Positions 1 through 11,131 of a stretch of 20,644 nucleotides of DNA are shown in pieces. Below the pieces are notes generated by a model, which was not told the origin of the DNA, ran no database searches, and saw nothing but the letters and a program-made list of their open reading frames with translations. The position numbers were made by a program, and so were the translations under genes. Origin of the DNA: Nitrospirota bacterium (GTDB taxonomy: Bacteria > Nitrospirota > UBA9217); the NCBI GenBank assembly GCA_963818475.1, contig CAWFSF010000004.1, positions 1 to 20,644 on the forward strand, in the 5' to 3' direction. Position 1 is the stretch's first letter. Every line of letters begins with the position of its first letter.

Positions 1-863
1 CGGACGGCTCTTTTTCATGATGATCGGCGTGAGATAGACGTCATGGGCGCCCTGCTGCATGAGCTTGTTCATCACATGCTCATAGACCTGCGGGTTCATG
101 TCGTCGATGTTCGTTTCAATGGAGATGATGTCGTCACGTCCCGCCCGTGATTCTTCTCGCCGATGAAGACGCGGAGGAGGTTCGGGACCGGCAGGTCCTT
201 GCATTCCGGCGCCGTACCCCGCGCTCATGATTGTCAGTTCCGGAATGGGGCCGAAGCGCCGGGCGAAAGTGCGTCATGATGGCGGCGCCGGTGGGAGTGG
301 TAAGCTCGCCGGTATGCCGCTCGAGTAGACGGGGACGCCCTTGAGGAGCGCCGCGGTGGCGGGCGCGGGCACCGGCAGGACGCCGTGCGCGGTGTTCACG
401 GTCCCCTCACCCACGTTGATGCGGGAGCAGTACACTCGCTCGATCCCCAGCAGGTCGAGCGCGGCGCAGGCCGCCGGCGATGTCGATGATCGAATCCACC
501 GCGCCGATTTCGTGGAAGTGGACGTCCTCGATGCTGGTGCCGTGTATGCCGGCCTCCACGGCCGCGATGCTCATGAATATGTCGCGGGCGTCTTTGTTTG
601 CCCGTGCGCTGAGTGCTGACCCGTCGATGATTTAATTATATCTTCAGGCGGCGTGCGGGATGGTGTTCTGACGCGGTGACGCTGGCCCTTGTGGCGGTGA
701 TCCCGTTTTTAACCACTTTTTCGAAGGTGATGTCATAGCCGGAAAGGGGGACGCCCGCGAGGGTCTTCCGGAGCGCGTCCGGGTCAAGGCCGGCGTCAAT
801 GAGCGATCCCAGTATCATGTCGCCGCTTACACCGGAAAAGCAGTCGAAGTAGGCGATCTTCAT
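1..863 (-). CDS. larC: Nickel pincer cofactor biosynthesis protein LarC (runs off window start; frameshifted)
   Basis: N-terminus [25 protein letters not shown]. Later frames give the [38 protein letters not shown] and [14 protein letters not shown] motifs. The ATG overlaps the larB stop. Confidence 0.93.
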
Positions 864-1622
864 GTCAGTTCTCCGCCCAGGTTGATCCTATGCGCCAGCA
901 CGCCCGCGCCGAAGCCGTTGTCGATGTTCATCACCGCCACGCCCGACGCGCAGGAGTTGAGCATGGTCAGCAGCGGGGCCAGGCCGTGGAAGCCCGCGCC
1001 GTAGCCCACGCTCGTCGGCACGGCGATCACGGGCTTGTCCACGAGGCCGCCGACGACGGAGGGGAGGGCGCCGTCCATGCCCGCGACGACGACGATGACG
1101 CGCGCGGAATCGAGGATGTCCTTCTTGCTCAGGATGCGGTGGATGCCGGCCACGCCGACGTCATACACGGTCTGGACCGTGCTGCCGAGCGTCTCGGCGG
1201 TGACCGCCGCCTCCTCGGCGACGGGGATGTCCGAGGTTCCGGCGGTCAGGACCAGGACGATGCCGCGTGGTAGGCTTCTTCTTCTCGTCGCTGCACGACG
1301 ATGGCCCGCGACGCCTTGTGATAGACCGCGCGTTTGTCGAGCTTCTTGATCGCCTTGAACACCGCGTCCGAGGCCCGCGTCGCGAGGATGTCGCTGCCCG
1401 GCCTTGAGCATGCGCTTGGTGATGCCCACGATCTGCTCCAGCGTCTTGCCTTCGCAGTAGATCACTTCGGGCATGCCGTGGCGCAGACTGGCGGTGGTGG
1501 TCGATGTGGGCATAGGCAACGTCTTCGAAAGGCAGGTGTTTGAGCCGCGTAAGCGCAGTATCAATATCCGTCTTGCCGGCGCGGACGCTTTGGAGCAGTT
1601 TGGTGAGTTCTATTTTATTCAT
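860..1622 (-). CDS. larB: Nickel pincer cofactor biosynthesis protein LarB (PurE-like carboxylase; frameshifted)
   Basis: [10 protein letters not shown]...[14 protein letters not shown] (1161..1622 frame) joins [15 protein letters not shown]...[12 protein letters not shown]...[30 protein letters not shown]...[24 protein letters not shown] (860..1564 frame). Confidence 0.95.
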
Positions 1623-1668
1623 TATTATTATCTTGGATTTGTTCGTTGATTCGAAGAAAATTTCTTAT

Positions 1669-1694
1669 TCCGCAATCCGGAATCTGCAATTGCG
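1669..1694. repeat. Degenerate heptamer tandem repeat (TCCGCAA TCCGGAA TCTGCAA)
   Basis: Read directly in the gpsA-larB intergenic region, immediately after the gpsA stop. Confidence 0.55.
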
Positions 1695-2699
1695 TCACTC
1701 CGCCCTGAGCTCCCGGCTCATCAGGTCCTTGACCGCGGTTTTCGGATCCTTGCCTTCGTACAGGAGCAGGTACACCTCTTCGACGACCGGCATTGCGACG
1801 TTGTATTTCTTCGCGAGGTTCCGTGCGGCCTTTGCGGTCTTGACGCCCTCTGCAACGGTCTTAGCCGTGCTCATGATCTCCGTCGAGCTTCTCGCCTTTG
1901 CCGAGCCGCGTGCCGAGGGTGCGGTTGCGCGAAAGACCGCCGGTGCAGGTGAGTACGAGGTCCCCCATGCCGGCAAGGCCGGAGAAAGTTGGGAGGCTGC
2001 CGCCGATGGCGGTACCGAGCCGCGCCATCTCTGCCAGGCCGCGGGTGAGGAGTGCTGCCATGGTGTTGTACCCGTAGCCCATGCCTTCGAGCACGCCTGC
2101 CGCGATGGCGACCACATTCTTGAGCGAACCGGCGAGCTCCACGCCGATGACGTCAGAATTGGTGTATACGCGGAAGTAGGGGCTGCTGAAGATCGCCTGT
2201 GTTTTTTTTGCGATGTCCGGATCGTACGCCGCGAGCGCAACAGCGGTCGGCATTTTCTGGGCGACTTCTTTCGCAAAGCTCGGGCCCGAGAGGAAACAGA
2301 GATTTTCGTGGAAGGCCGCAGGCAGGGTATCCTTGAATACCTCGGAAAGCGGCATCAGTGTTTCGATCTCTATGCCCTTGGATGCGCTGACAATGATCGC
2401 ATTCTCTGAAAGAAATGGTCCGAACTGTTTTGAAACGGCACGCGCTGTGTGGGATGGAACCACGGAAAGAATCACGGACCTGTCTGTGACAGCGGTTTCC
2501 ATGTCGGACGTTACGGCAATGGATGCGGGAAGGGTGAACCCCGGGAGATACACCCGGTTCTCTCGGGTTCTGCCGGTCTCTTCGGCAAGGTCCTTCTCGT
2601 ACATCCAGAGCGTTACGTCGTGCCCGTTGTCAGCCAAAAGCATTGCCAGGGCAGTACCCCATGCGCCGGCGCCGATCACCGCGATCTGTAGTGTTCAGA
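1695..2699 (-). CDS. gpsA: NAD(P)H-dependent glycerol-3-phosphate dehydrogenase (frameshift near 1880; start uncertain)
   Basis: IAVIGAGAWGTALA Rossmann motif, SASKGIE, LSGPSFAKEV, DVIGVELAGSLKNVVAIAAG, GLAGMGDLVLTCTGGLSRNR. The C-terminus VAEGVKTAKAA...KDLMSRELRAE lies in the adjacent frame. Confidence 0.95.
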
Positions 2700-2709
2700 A
2701 TAGTGCTGA

Positions 2710-2738
2710 ATTATAAAGGGAATGGAGGGAAGAGTCAA
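2710..2738 (-). promoter_or_regulatory. sigma70 promoter for gpsA(-larB-larC)
   Basis: Minus strand TTGACT (2738-2733), 17-nt spacer, TATAAT (2715-2710). Confidence 0.75.
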
Positions 2739-2895
2739 AAGAATTGTACGAAAACGGCAAAAACTTTTTACCACGGAAAGGGGCGAAGATGTACCACAGA
2801 GCGCACTGAGAAAAAAGGGGGAGGTAACGTCGGCTCCTGCTGGTTCGATCTTGTAGATTGAACCATACGTCAAAATGATTGAAACCGAAAGCTGC

Positions 2896-3923
2896 CTACT
2901 GGTTCGGCTCGATGATGACCTTCATGCAGCCGTCCGGTCTGGCGCCGGTCGTGAACGCTTCGCCGATTTTGTCGATGCCGAAGCGGTGCGTCACCATGTC
3001 GGTTACCGTCACGGTGTTGTGCCTGATGAGTTCGAGGGCTTGCAGATTGTCGAGGGGGGCGGCGCCGTAGCAGGTTTTGATCGTGATGTCGTCGCGCCAG
3101 AAGGGGTTGAAGTCCACGTCCACGGTCTCGCCCGGTTTGGGGACGGCGAAGAAGAGGATGGCGCCGCCTTCTTCGCTGGACATGAGCCCGGTCTTTGCCG
3201 CCGGAAGCGCGCCGGCGCAGAGGATGACCACATCGGCCAGACGGCCGTCATTGACCTTTCTGACGAAGGCGGGCACATCTTCGTTGGCAGTTATTCGTGC
3301 GTTGCTCCGAACTGCGTGCCTTTTCAAGCCGGTAGGCGCTGATATCGGTTGCGATGATCGTGCCTGCGCCCATGGCACGCGCCAGTTTGATGAGAAGCAG
3401 TCCTGCAACGCCGCTGCCGCAGACGAGCACGGTCTGGGCGGGTTTCAATGCCACGGTCCGGAGCGCCCGAACCGCGGTGGCCAGTGGTTCGATGAAGGTT
3501 GCCTGCTCAAAGGTCATGAGATCGGGGAGCACGAAGGTGCCGGTCTCAACGCTCTTGCCGGTAACGCGCAGCAGCTGTGAAAAACCGCCTGGCTCGAAGT
3601 TGTTGGTGCGCTCTGGAAGGTTGTGCAGGCGGTCTCATGGCCGGTGCGGCAGTGGTAGCAGGCATTGCAGGGCACGTGATGGGTGACGAATACGCGGTCC
3701 CCGATCTTGACGTTGGTCACGAGCTTTCCGGCCTCGACAACGATCCCGGCCGGTTCGTGGCCCAGCACCAGCGGCGCGCGCTTGATGCGGTACCACTCCA
3801 TAAGGTCCGACCCGCAGAGGCCGCAGGCCATGACCTTGACGACGATGTCGCGGTCGCCGGCTTTCGGCTCCGGACGTTCTTCCACACGGACATCGCTGTT
3901 CTTGTGTAGACACCGACTTTCAT
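2896..3923 (-). CDS. Zn-dependent medium-chain dehydrogenase/reductase, sorbitol/L-iditol dehydrogenase-like (frameshifted)
   Basis: MKVGVY...VMACGLCGSD (catalytic Zn Cys), LGHEPAG, structural Zn CNACYHC...C, EPLA, GSGVAG nucleotide-binding motif, and C-terminal MVTHRFGI...MKVIIEP. Assembled from several frames. Confidence 0.9.
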
Positions 3924-4090
3924 GTGATAGCTACCCCCCACATCACCCAGGATATAACCTTTGCCACGGATAGGGGCGGAGAGGATACGAAAATAACCGC
4001 TCCATTGATGGGAGGGGTGCGGTGGAGGGTGAGTGTGCTGTTGTCAGGTAAATTACCGGCTCCCCTGTCAAGTGGTCTTACGGCTGCGTT

Positions 4091-4970
4091 CTATTTCTTC
4101 TTCATGTCCAGATAATACTCGTACGCTTCCTTGACACTTATGTTGTCGTGCACCACCTTGCGCACGGCGCCGATCATGGCGACCGGGGATTCGGACTGGA
4201 AAATGTTCCTGCCCATATCAACGCCCGAGGCGCCCTGGTTTATGGCATCGCGCGCCATCTGCAGGGCTTCTTTTTCGGGAAGCTTTTTGCCGCCCGCGAT
4301 AACGATCGGAACCGGGCATGCCGCCGCGACCTGTTCGAATCCCGGGACGAAATACGTCTTCACGATGGAGACGCCGAGCTCCGCCAGGACGGCGCGTCGC
4401 CAGGCCGATATACCTGGCGTCGCGCACGAGCTCGGTGCCGACTGCCGTGACGCCGAGCACGGGCATGCCATAGCGCATTCCCTTGTCGACAAGTTTGGTC
4501 ATATTGTTGACCGACTGGGTCTCTATTGGCGCCGCCGATGAAGACCTGGACCGCAACGGCGCTCACGTTCATGCGAACGGCGTCTTCCATGTCCACGGCG
4601 ATGCGCTCGTCAGAGAGTTCTTTCAGGATGCTTGGCCCCCCGCTTGCGCGCATGACCACGGCGTTGGTATGCGATGGATCGATGACGGAGCGCAGGATCC
4701 CGCGCGTCAGCATCAACGCATCGGCCGAGGGGATGAGCGGCTTGATCGTGATATCGACCCGCTCGAGCCCGGTCTGTGGGGCCCTGGAAATACCCGTGAT
4801 CGAAGGCCAGCATCACGGTCTTGCCGGACCGCGGGTTTAAATATGCGCGCAAGACGGTTCTTCATGCCCCAGTCATAAGAGTTCGATCCTTTCAGGAAGA
4901 ATGCTTCGCTCTTTTGCGGGATATCGATGTAGTAATTTTTTTCCTTTTTCGAAAAATCCTGCTCTGCCAT
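4091..4970 (-). CDS. lsrF: LsrF-family 3-hydroxy-5-phosphonooxypentane-2,4-dione thiolase (class I aldolase fold; frameshifted)
   Basis: [84 protein letters not shown] and [23 protein letters not shown] precedes the ATG at 4970. Confidence 0.92.
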
Positions 4971-5008
4971 GAGAAACCTCCTTGCGGCTAATGGGTAAAT
5001 AGGTTTAT

Positions 5009-5037
5009 AATCTAATGCAAGCTGCATGATAAATCAA
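5009..5037 (-). promoter_or_regulatory. Putative sigma70 promoter of lsrF, with a palindrome in the spacer
   Basis: TTGATT-17 nt-TAGATT on the minus strand. ATGCA-AGC-TGCAT dyad at 5015-5027. Confidence 0.45.
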
Positions 5038-5102
5038 GGGGAAAATGGCCGGTGTCGGACGGATGCAGACGCTGCAGGCGGATGAAAGGGGAACGATAGG
5101 CC

Positions 5103-5577
5103 GTGTTGTTCAATGAACGACGTGACGAGGGCTCTACGCTGAACCTGGCCGACGAATGCGTCGCCTGTTTCAGGAAGGGGATAAACTGTACGCAGGCCGT
5201 CGTGTCCACCTACGGCCCCCAACTCGGACTTGGCAAGGAAAAGGCGCTCAAGGTCGCTGCTGCCTTTGGTTCGGGCATGGGCATGGGAGAGACCTGCGGC
5301 GCCGTGACCGGCGCGCTGATGGTCATCGGGTTGAAGCATTCCAAAGTTTCCGGGATCAGGCTGCTTTCAAGGGACAGGACCGAGGACGTGGCCCATGAAT
5401 TCGTGGAGCGGTTCAAAGCCCTGCACGGGACGGTGGTCTGCAGGGAATCTGCTGGGATGCGACGTGACCACGCCGGAAGGGCTGAAAACGGCAAAACAGG
5501 AAAAACATTTTAAAAAGCGCTGTCCCGAGTATGTGAAGGATGCCGCTCTGATACTGGAAGAGATTTTGAAGGATTAG
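5103..5577 (+). CDS. C-GCAxxG-C-C family putative redox-active protein (frameshift near 5450; start uncertain)
   Basis: GINCTQAV, AFGSGMGMGETCGAVTGA, VVCRE-LLG and KRCPEYVKDAALILE give four conserved Cys in family spacing. Confidence 0.88.
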
Positions 5578-5589
5578 GAATCGGGGGCA

Positions 5590-5627
5590 GGCTGAAGGTT
5601 GAAGGGTAGATGTAGCAGCCTTCAGCC
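5590..5627. repeat. Hairpin built from CTGAAGG-type heptamers between convergent genes (possible terminator)
   Basis: GGCTGAAGGTTG pairs with CAGCCTTCAGCC. Confidence 0.6.
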
Positions 5628-5641
5628 GAATACCTGAGCTT

Positions 5642-5857
5642 CTATTTCTTTATCAGCGTTACAACGCCTTTTGCGATCAGCAGCGCCCAGGGCGTGCCAT
5701 GCAGCACGAGATCGAACCAGTCGATGGGCCTCACCAGCTGGCCCTTTGACAGCATCTGCAGCTTCTCCCAGATGTGGGGCGGTGAAAAGGGCGCAAGCCC
5801 CAGCGTCAGGCAGGCAAGAATGAGCAAGCTCCACGGCATTTTCGAAATGAATTCCAT
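5642..5857 (-). CDS. Small conserved membrane protein (71 aa; homologues often auto-annotated as 'RND transporter')
   Basis: MEFISKMPWSLLILACLTLGLAPFSPPHIWEKLQML...IDWFDLVLHGTPW, with two hydrophobic segments. GGAGG SD precedes the ATG at 5857. Confidence 0.8.
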   Translation of the reverse strand: MEFISKMPWSLLILACLTLGLAPFSPPHIWEKLQMLSKGQLVRPIDWFDLVLHGTPWALLIAKGVVTLIKK

Positions 5858-5936
5858 ATAGTGAACCTCCGTCCTGAGAAGACTATACCATTTTTTCATC
5901 GTGAATTTCGAATTTTTAAATACGGAGGAACGATTC

Positions 5937-6701
5937 ATGGGTTTTATCATCACGAAAATACTGCTGTTCCTGCTGCTGCCGCCGGCGAGCATCCTGCGCT
6001 CATGTTCCTGGGGTTTCTGCTCATGTGGTCCCATCGCGTCCTGGGCCGCCTGCTGATCACGGCTGCATTTCTTCTGCTCTACGGCCTGAGCATCAGCCCC
6101 GTGTCCGACGCCTTGATCGCGCCGCTGGAAGCCGGACTACCGGCCCCTTGATGTGAAGAGCATCAAGGCCGACCTTATCGTCGTGCTGGGCGGCGGGGCT
6201 GTCGATCTTTCGTCGCTTGGGCCTGGATCCCGTGCCGAATGCCGGACTCGCTCCAGCGGGTGGTTGCCGCGGTAAAGCTCTATCGTTCGCTGCATATCCC
6301 GATCGGTGATAACCGGCGGCGCCGGCGACCCTGCCAGGCCGCGAGCTTTCCGATGCCGCCCCGATGGCCCGCGTTGCCCTGGACCTCGGCGTGCCGAAAA
6401 AAGACATCATTGTCGACAATGCCTCGTTCAACACGCTGGCCAGCGCCAGGAACATGAAGACCGCCGTTTGCCGGGAAACGCATGGTCCTGGTCACCTCGG
6501 CCTATCACCTGAAGCGGTCCGTGGCCATGTTCCAAAAACAGGGCCTTGAGGTGCTGCCCCAGCCCTCCGGGTTCCTGAGCGGCGCCGCGGGACCGCACCT
6601 TCTATGACGCTATTCCACGCCTGGAATTCCTCAATATTTCCTCCGCGGCCATTTCCGAACGCCTCAGCCTGTCCTGGTACCGCCTCAAAAAAGACCTGTA
6701 G
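5937..6701 (+). CDS. YdcF/DUF218 (ElyC/SanA-like) envelope protein (multiple frameshifts)
   Basis: GGAGG SD, then MGFIITKILLFLLLPP, LSISPVSDALIAPLE, ADLIVVLGGG, SLQRVVAAVKLY, ITGG, LGVPKKDIIVDNASFNTLASA and LVTSAYHLKRS, ending LSLSWYRLKKDL*. Confidence 0.88.
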
Positions 6702-6729
6702 TCTCAAGTGACCGTCAACGCAGTGCGCC

Positions 6730-6773
6730 CCTGAGTCCGCTCACGCCAAGTAGGCGAGAGGGTTGGGCTCAGG
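6730..6773. repeat. GC-rich stem-loop downstream of the YdcF gene (REP-like or terminator)
   Basis: CCTGAGTCC/GGGCTCAGG outer stem and CTCACGCC/GGCGAGAG inner stem. No U-tract. Confidence 0.45.
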
Positions 6774-6816
6774 TGGCTTCCGTGCATAACGGTTCGCTGC
6801 AATTAGTTTATCCTCC

Positions 6817-6844
6817 TTGACATTCCTTCATCCCGCGGTATAAT
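6817..6844 (+). promoter_or_regulatory. Consensus sigma70 promoter of the marR operon
   Basis: TTGACA (6817-6822), 16-nt spacer, TATAAT (6839-6844). Confidence 0.8.
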
Positions 6845-6864
6845 TAGTTTAACATTAAACAATT
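6842..6864. promoter_or_regulatory. Putative MarR operator
   Basis: AATTA-GTTTAA-CA-TTAAAC-AATT dyad overlapping the -10 element and start site. The half-site AATTAGTTTA is repeated at 6801-6810. Confidence 0.7.
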
Positions 6865-6878
6865 AATGGTGAACTATT

Positions 6879-7337
6879 ATGGGGACTCATTATAAAGGAT
6901 CACCTGATGTTCGGCAGGCGTTGGACGCGTATATCAAGCTCATCCGGGCGTCGGAATCCGTAACCTCCCGGGTGATACGGCATTTGGACGATGACGGTTT
7001 GACCGTAAGCCAGTTCGGGGTGCTTGAGGCCTTGTTCCATCTTGGCCCGCTGAGCCAGCGGGAACTGGCGCAAAAGATCCTTAAAAGCGGCGGCAATGTG
7101 ACCATGGTGATCGACAATCTCGAAAAACGGGGATTAGTGAAACGCGAAAGGGACGAGAAGGACCGGCGCGCTGTACCGGATCTCGCTGACCTCCGGGGGA
7201 AGCAAGCTGATAAAGAGCATATTCCCCCGTCATGCCGAGAAGATCGCCGCTCAAATGAACGTTCTTACGAAGGAGGAACTGCTGGAGCTGGGGTATCTCT
7301 GCCGCAAGCTGGGGCTGCAGCTGGCGAGGGGTCCTGA
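6879..7337 (+). CDS. MarR-family transcriptional regulator (MhqR-like; frameshift near 7170)
   Basis: ALDAYIKLIRASESV, GLTVSQFGVLEALFHLGPLSQRELAQKILKSGGNVTMVIDNLEKRGLVKRERDEKDRR, then LYRISLTSGG...LGYLCRKLG in the shifted frame. Confidence 0.92.
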   Translation: MGTHYKGSPDVRQALDAYIKLIRASESVTSRVIRHLDDDGLTVSQFGVLEALFHLGPLSQRELAQKILKSGGNVTMVIDNLEKRGLVKRERDEKDRRAVPDLADLRGKQADKEHIPPSCREDRRSNERSYEGGTAGAGVSLPQAGAAAGEGS

Positions 7338-7372
7338 TGGTGGCGTCGTAATCGAATTAAAGGAGGAATGGT

Positions 7373-7590
7373 ATGGGTAAAGGATTGCCGATCATGCAAT
7401 TGGAGCCGGGGACTCATTACTGGTGCAGGTGCGGGAAAAGCAAGACCGAGCCGTTTTGCGACGGTTCGCATGAAGGCACGGCCTTCTTACCGCTGGAATT
7501 CGTTGTGGACGTAAAAAAGAAAGCAGGACTGTGCACCTGCGGACGGACAAGAACGCGCCTTATTGCGATGGCACGCACGCAAAGGTGTAG
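7373..7590 (+). CDS. Two-motif CDGSH iron-sulfur (2Fe-2S) protein (frameshift near 7550)
   Basis: WCRCGKSKTEPFCDGSH and LCTCGRT-KNAPYCDGTHAKV*. AAGGAGG SD. Confidence 0.9.
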
Positions 7591-7626
7591 GACGTCACGA
7601 CGGCAAATTTTGAAAGGGAGGCATAT

Positions 7627-8075
7627 ATGTTAAAGAAACTATTTCAAACAAACGATGATACGGCAACCATGATCCTGAGGGTGCTGCTCGGCGTGGTGTT
7701 CTTTCCCCACGGGATGCAGAAGCTGCTGGGCTGGTTCGGCGGCTCCGGTTTTGAAGGGACCATGGGGTTCTTTACGGGAACGCTCGGTATTCCCGGCTGA
7801 TTTTCGCATTCCTTGCGATCATTGCAGAAGGGCTGGGGTCGCTCGGTCTGATCACCGGGTTCCTGACCAGGCTTTCGGCCTTCGGGATCGCCGTGAACAT
7901 GGCGGTTGCCGTGTACATGATGCATTTTCAGAACGGGTTCTTTATGAACTGGTTCGGCAAACAGGCAGGAGAAGGATATGAATATCATATCCTGGTGATC
8001 GCCATCGCCATTGCGTTGATCATCAAGGGCGGCGGAAAGTGGTCCGTTGACGGGATCGTAGCCGACAAGTTGTAG
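7627..8075 (+). CDS. DoxX family membrane protein (frameshifted)
   Basis: [39 protein letters not shown]...[29 protein letters not shown]...GGGKWSVD. Confidence 0.92.
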
Positions 8076-8121
8076 CAGTCAGTACAGAGACACGCAGCCA
8101 GGTGGAGTACAGCCGGGGCTG

Positions 8122-8795
8122 TTATTCTTTCGCAAGCCGTTTCTTTACTTCATCACTAAACGCCTCGATCCCCTTGTTGATCGTATTCAACCACGCCTTG
8201 GAGCTGGGCGCCTGCGAGTGAAGTTTGACATACCCCCGGACTATCTCCCCGTCCCTGAAGGACGCAACATTGCCCTTGATCTTGACGTTCGCTTCTCAAA
8301 TTCCATAGAAATTGACCAGAACCCCGGTACGACCCATGACCAGAACTGTTCGATCTCCGCCTCGACAGGAACAGCGGTGTTCTGTTGGATCCCGAGGCCT
8401 CGTCTACTGACGCGATACCCGGCTTCGCGAAAAGACTTCACCAGCGCCTCCCGAACCACATTTTCCACAGTGCGGCCTTCCGGCAGGAGTATGTCGCCGA
8501 TGGCTTTTCCATAGCCGTTTCGTTTGCGGGCAATTGCCCGGGAGGTTATGGTTTTGTCGTCGATCTCTTTTCCCTTGAGTGACGGGATCGAAGGTTTGCG
8601 GGGCGCTTCTTCGAACACACGGTTATCGGTGACGTGAACGATCGCTATGGCAGGGCCTGATGCGGGATTCCCGGGCTCTTTTATCCGTACGTCCAAAATG
8701 CCTCGACTGGTCGCGCACCCGCTTCCGAGCAAGCCGGCAAGCATGGCCAGTCCAGCTATTCCTAACGCGTATTCCCGCATTCTCTTCATCGTCAC
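8122..8795 (-). CDS. Putative lipoprotein (YajG-like; frameshift near 8295)
   Basis: Signal peptide with lipobox-like GSG-C, then VTDNRVFE and RAIARKRNGYGKAIGDI. The shifted frame continues to ...VKKRLAKE* (TAA at 8122-8124). GGAGG SD. Confidence 0.8.
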
Positions 8796-8835
8796 GATCC
8801 TCCTTTATTCTGTCGTGCCAAAAACAATTTCAAAA

Positions 8836-8864
8836 AATGTAACAGAAATCGCCGGCGTGGTCAA
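8836..8864 (-). promoter_or_regulatory. Putative sigma70 promoter of the lipoprotein gene
   Basis: TTGACC-17 nt-TACATT with an extended TG. Confidence 0.5.
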
Positions 8865-8959
8865 TGGTAAATGACTCATTGTTGCATCTGTTGGTTCACC
8901 CGATCAGGGTGAGCATGTAACCGGTAGTCCGAAGAAGGGGGGATGCGTCGAAGTTGCGC

Positions 8960-8991
8960 AAAAGAAAAGCCGCTGAAATTTATTCAGCGGC
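8960..8991 (-). terminator. Rho-independent terminator after typA
   Basis: 9-bp stem GCCGCTGAA/TTCAGCGGC (8969-8991), followed by TTTTCTTTT on the minus strand. Confidence 0.8.
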
Positions 8992-9040
8992 GCTGTTGTT
9001 TTTGTATTCCTGATGACTCAGGCAGAATGTGTTTGGATCG

Positions 9041-10870
<1,830 letters not shown>

Positions 10871-10972
10871 TCTGTTTTGTCCTTTTTTACCACGAAGTGC
10901 AGGTCGCGCAGGAAGAAGTTCTTGGTGACGTGGGGTTCCGTGGAACGAAATGGATTCTGTATGAAGCTGGGC

Positions 10973-11002
10973 ATAATACCCTGTGAGGGTACGATTTGTC
11001 AA
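10973..11002 (-). promoter_or_regulatory. Putative sigma70 promoter of typA
   Basis: TTGACA-18 nt-TATTAT. Confidence 0.55.
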
Positions 11003-11131
11003 TGGAATAATAATGGAAATTCCCGCTTTTTCCCGGTTTCGATAAAAGTCTGGTATGCTTAGGCCAGGATCGAAATCGCCCCTGCAGCCGGACGGGTGCA
11101 GATTATTTCATTCTTTATGTGGAGGATACGC

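Noticed and set aside
1-863. Programmed ribosomal frameshift in larC, as known for Lactobacillus larC1/C2
   Set aside because: There are several shifts at scattered positions, and neighbouring genes are equally affected, so they cannot be distinguished from sequencing error.
1540-2409. 289-aa plus-strand ORF
   Set aside because: Antisense to gpsA and larB.
3995-4035. REP-like element (minus strand CACCCTCCACCGCACCCCTCCCATCAATGGAGCGG)
   Set aside because: A single degenerate copy with a weak stem; not supportable from this window alone.
4091-4970. AI-2 quorum-sensing (lsr) operon
   Set aside because: Only lsrF is present; there is no transporter, kinase, isomerase or regulator beside it.
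10871-11002. N-terminal extension of TypA from the ORF track
   Set aside because: The TTG start coincides with the -35 box, and homology begins at the ATG at 10870.
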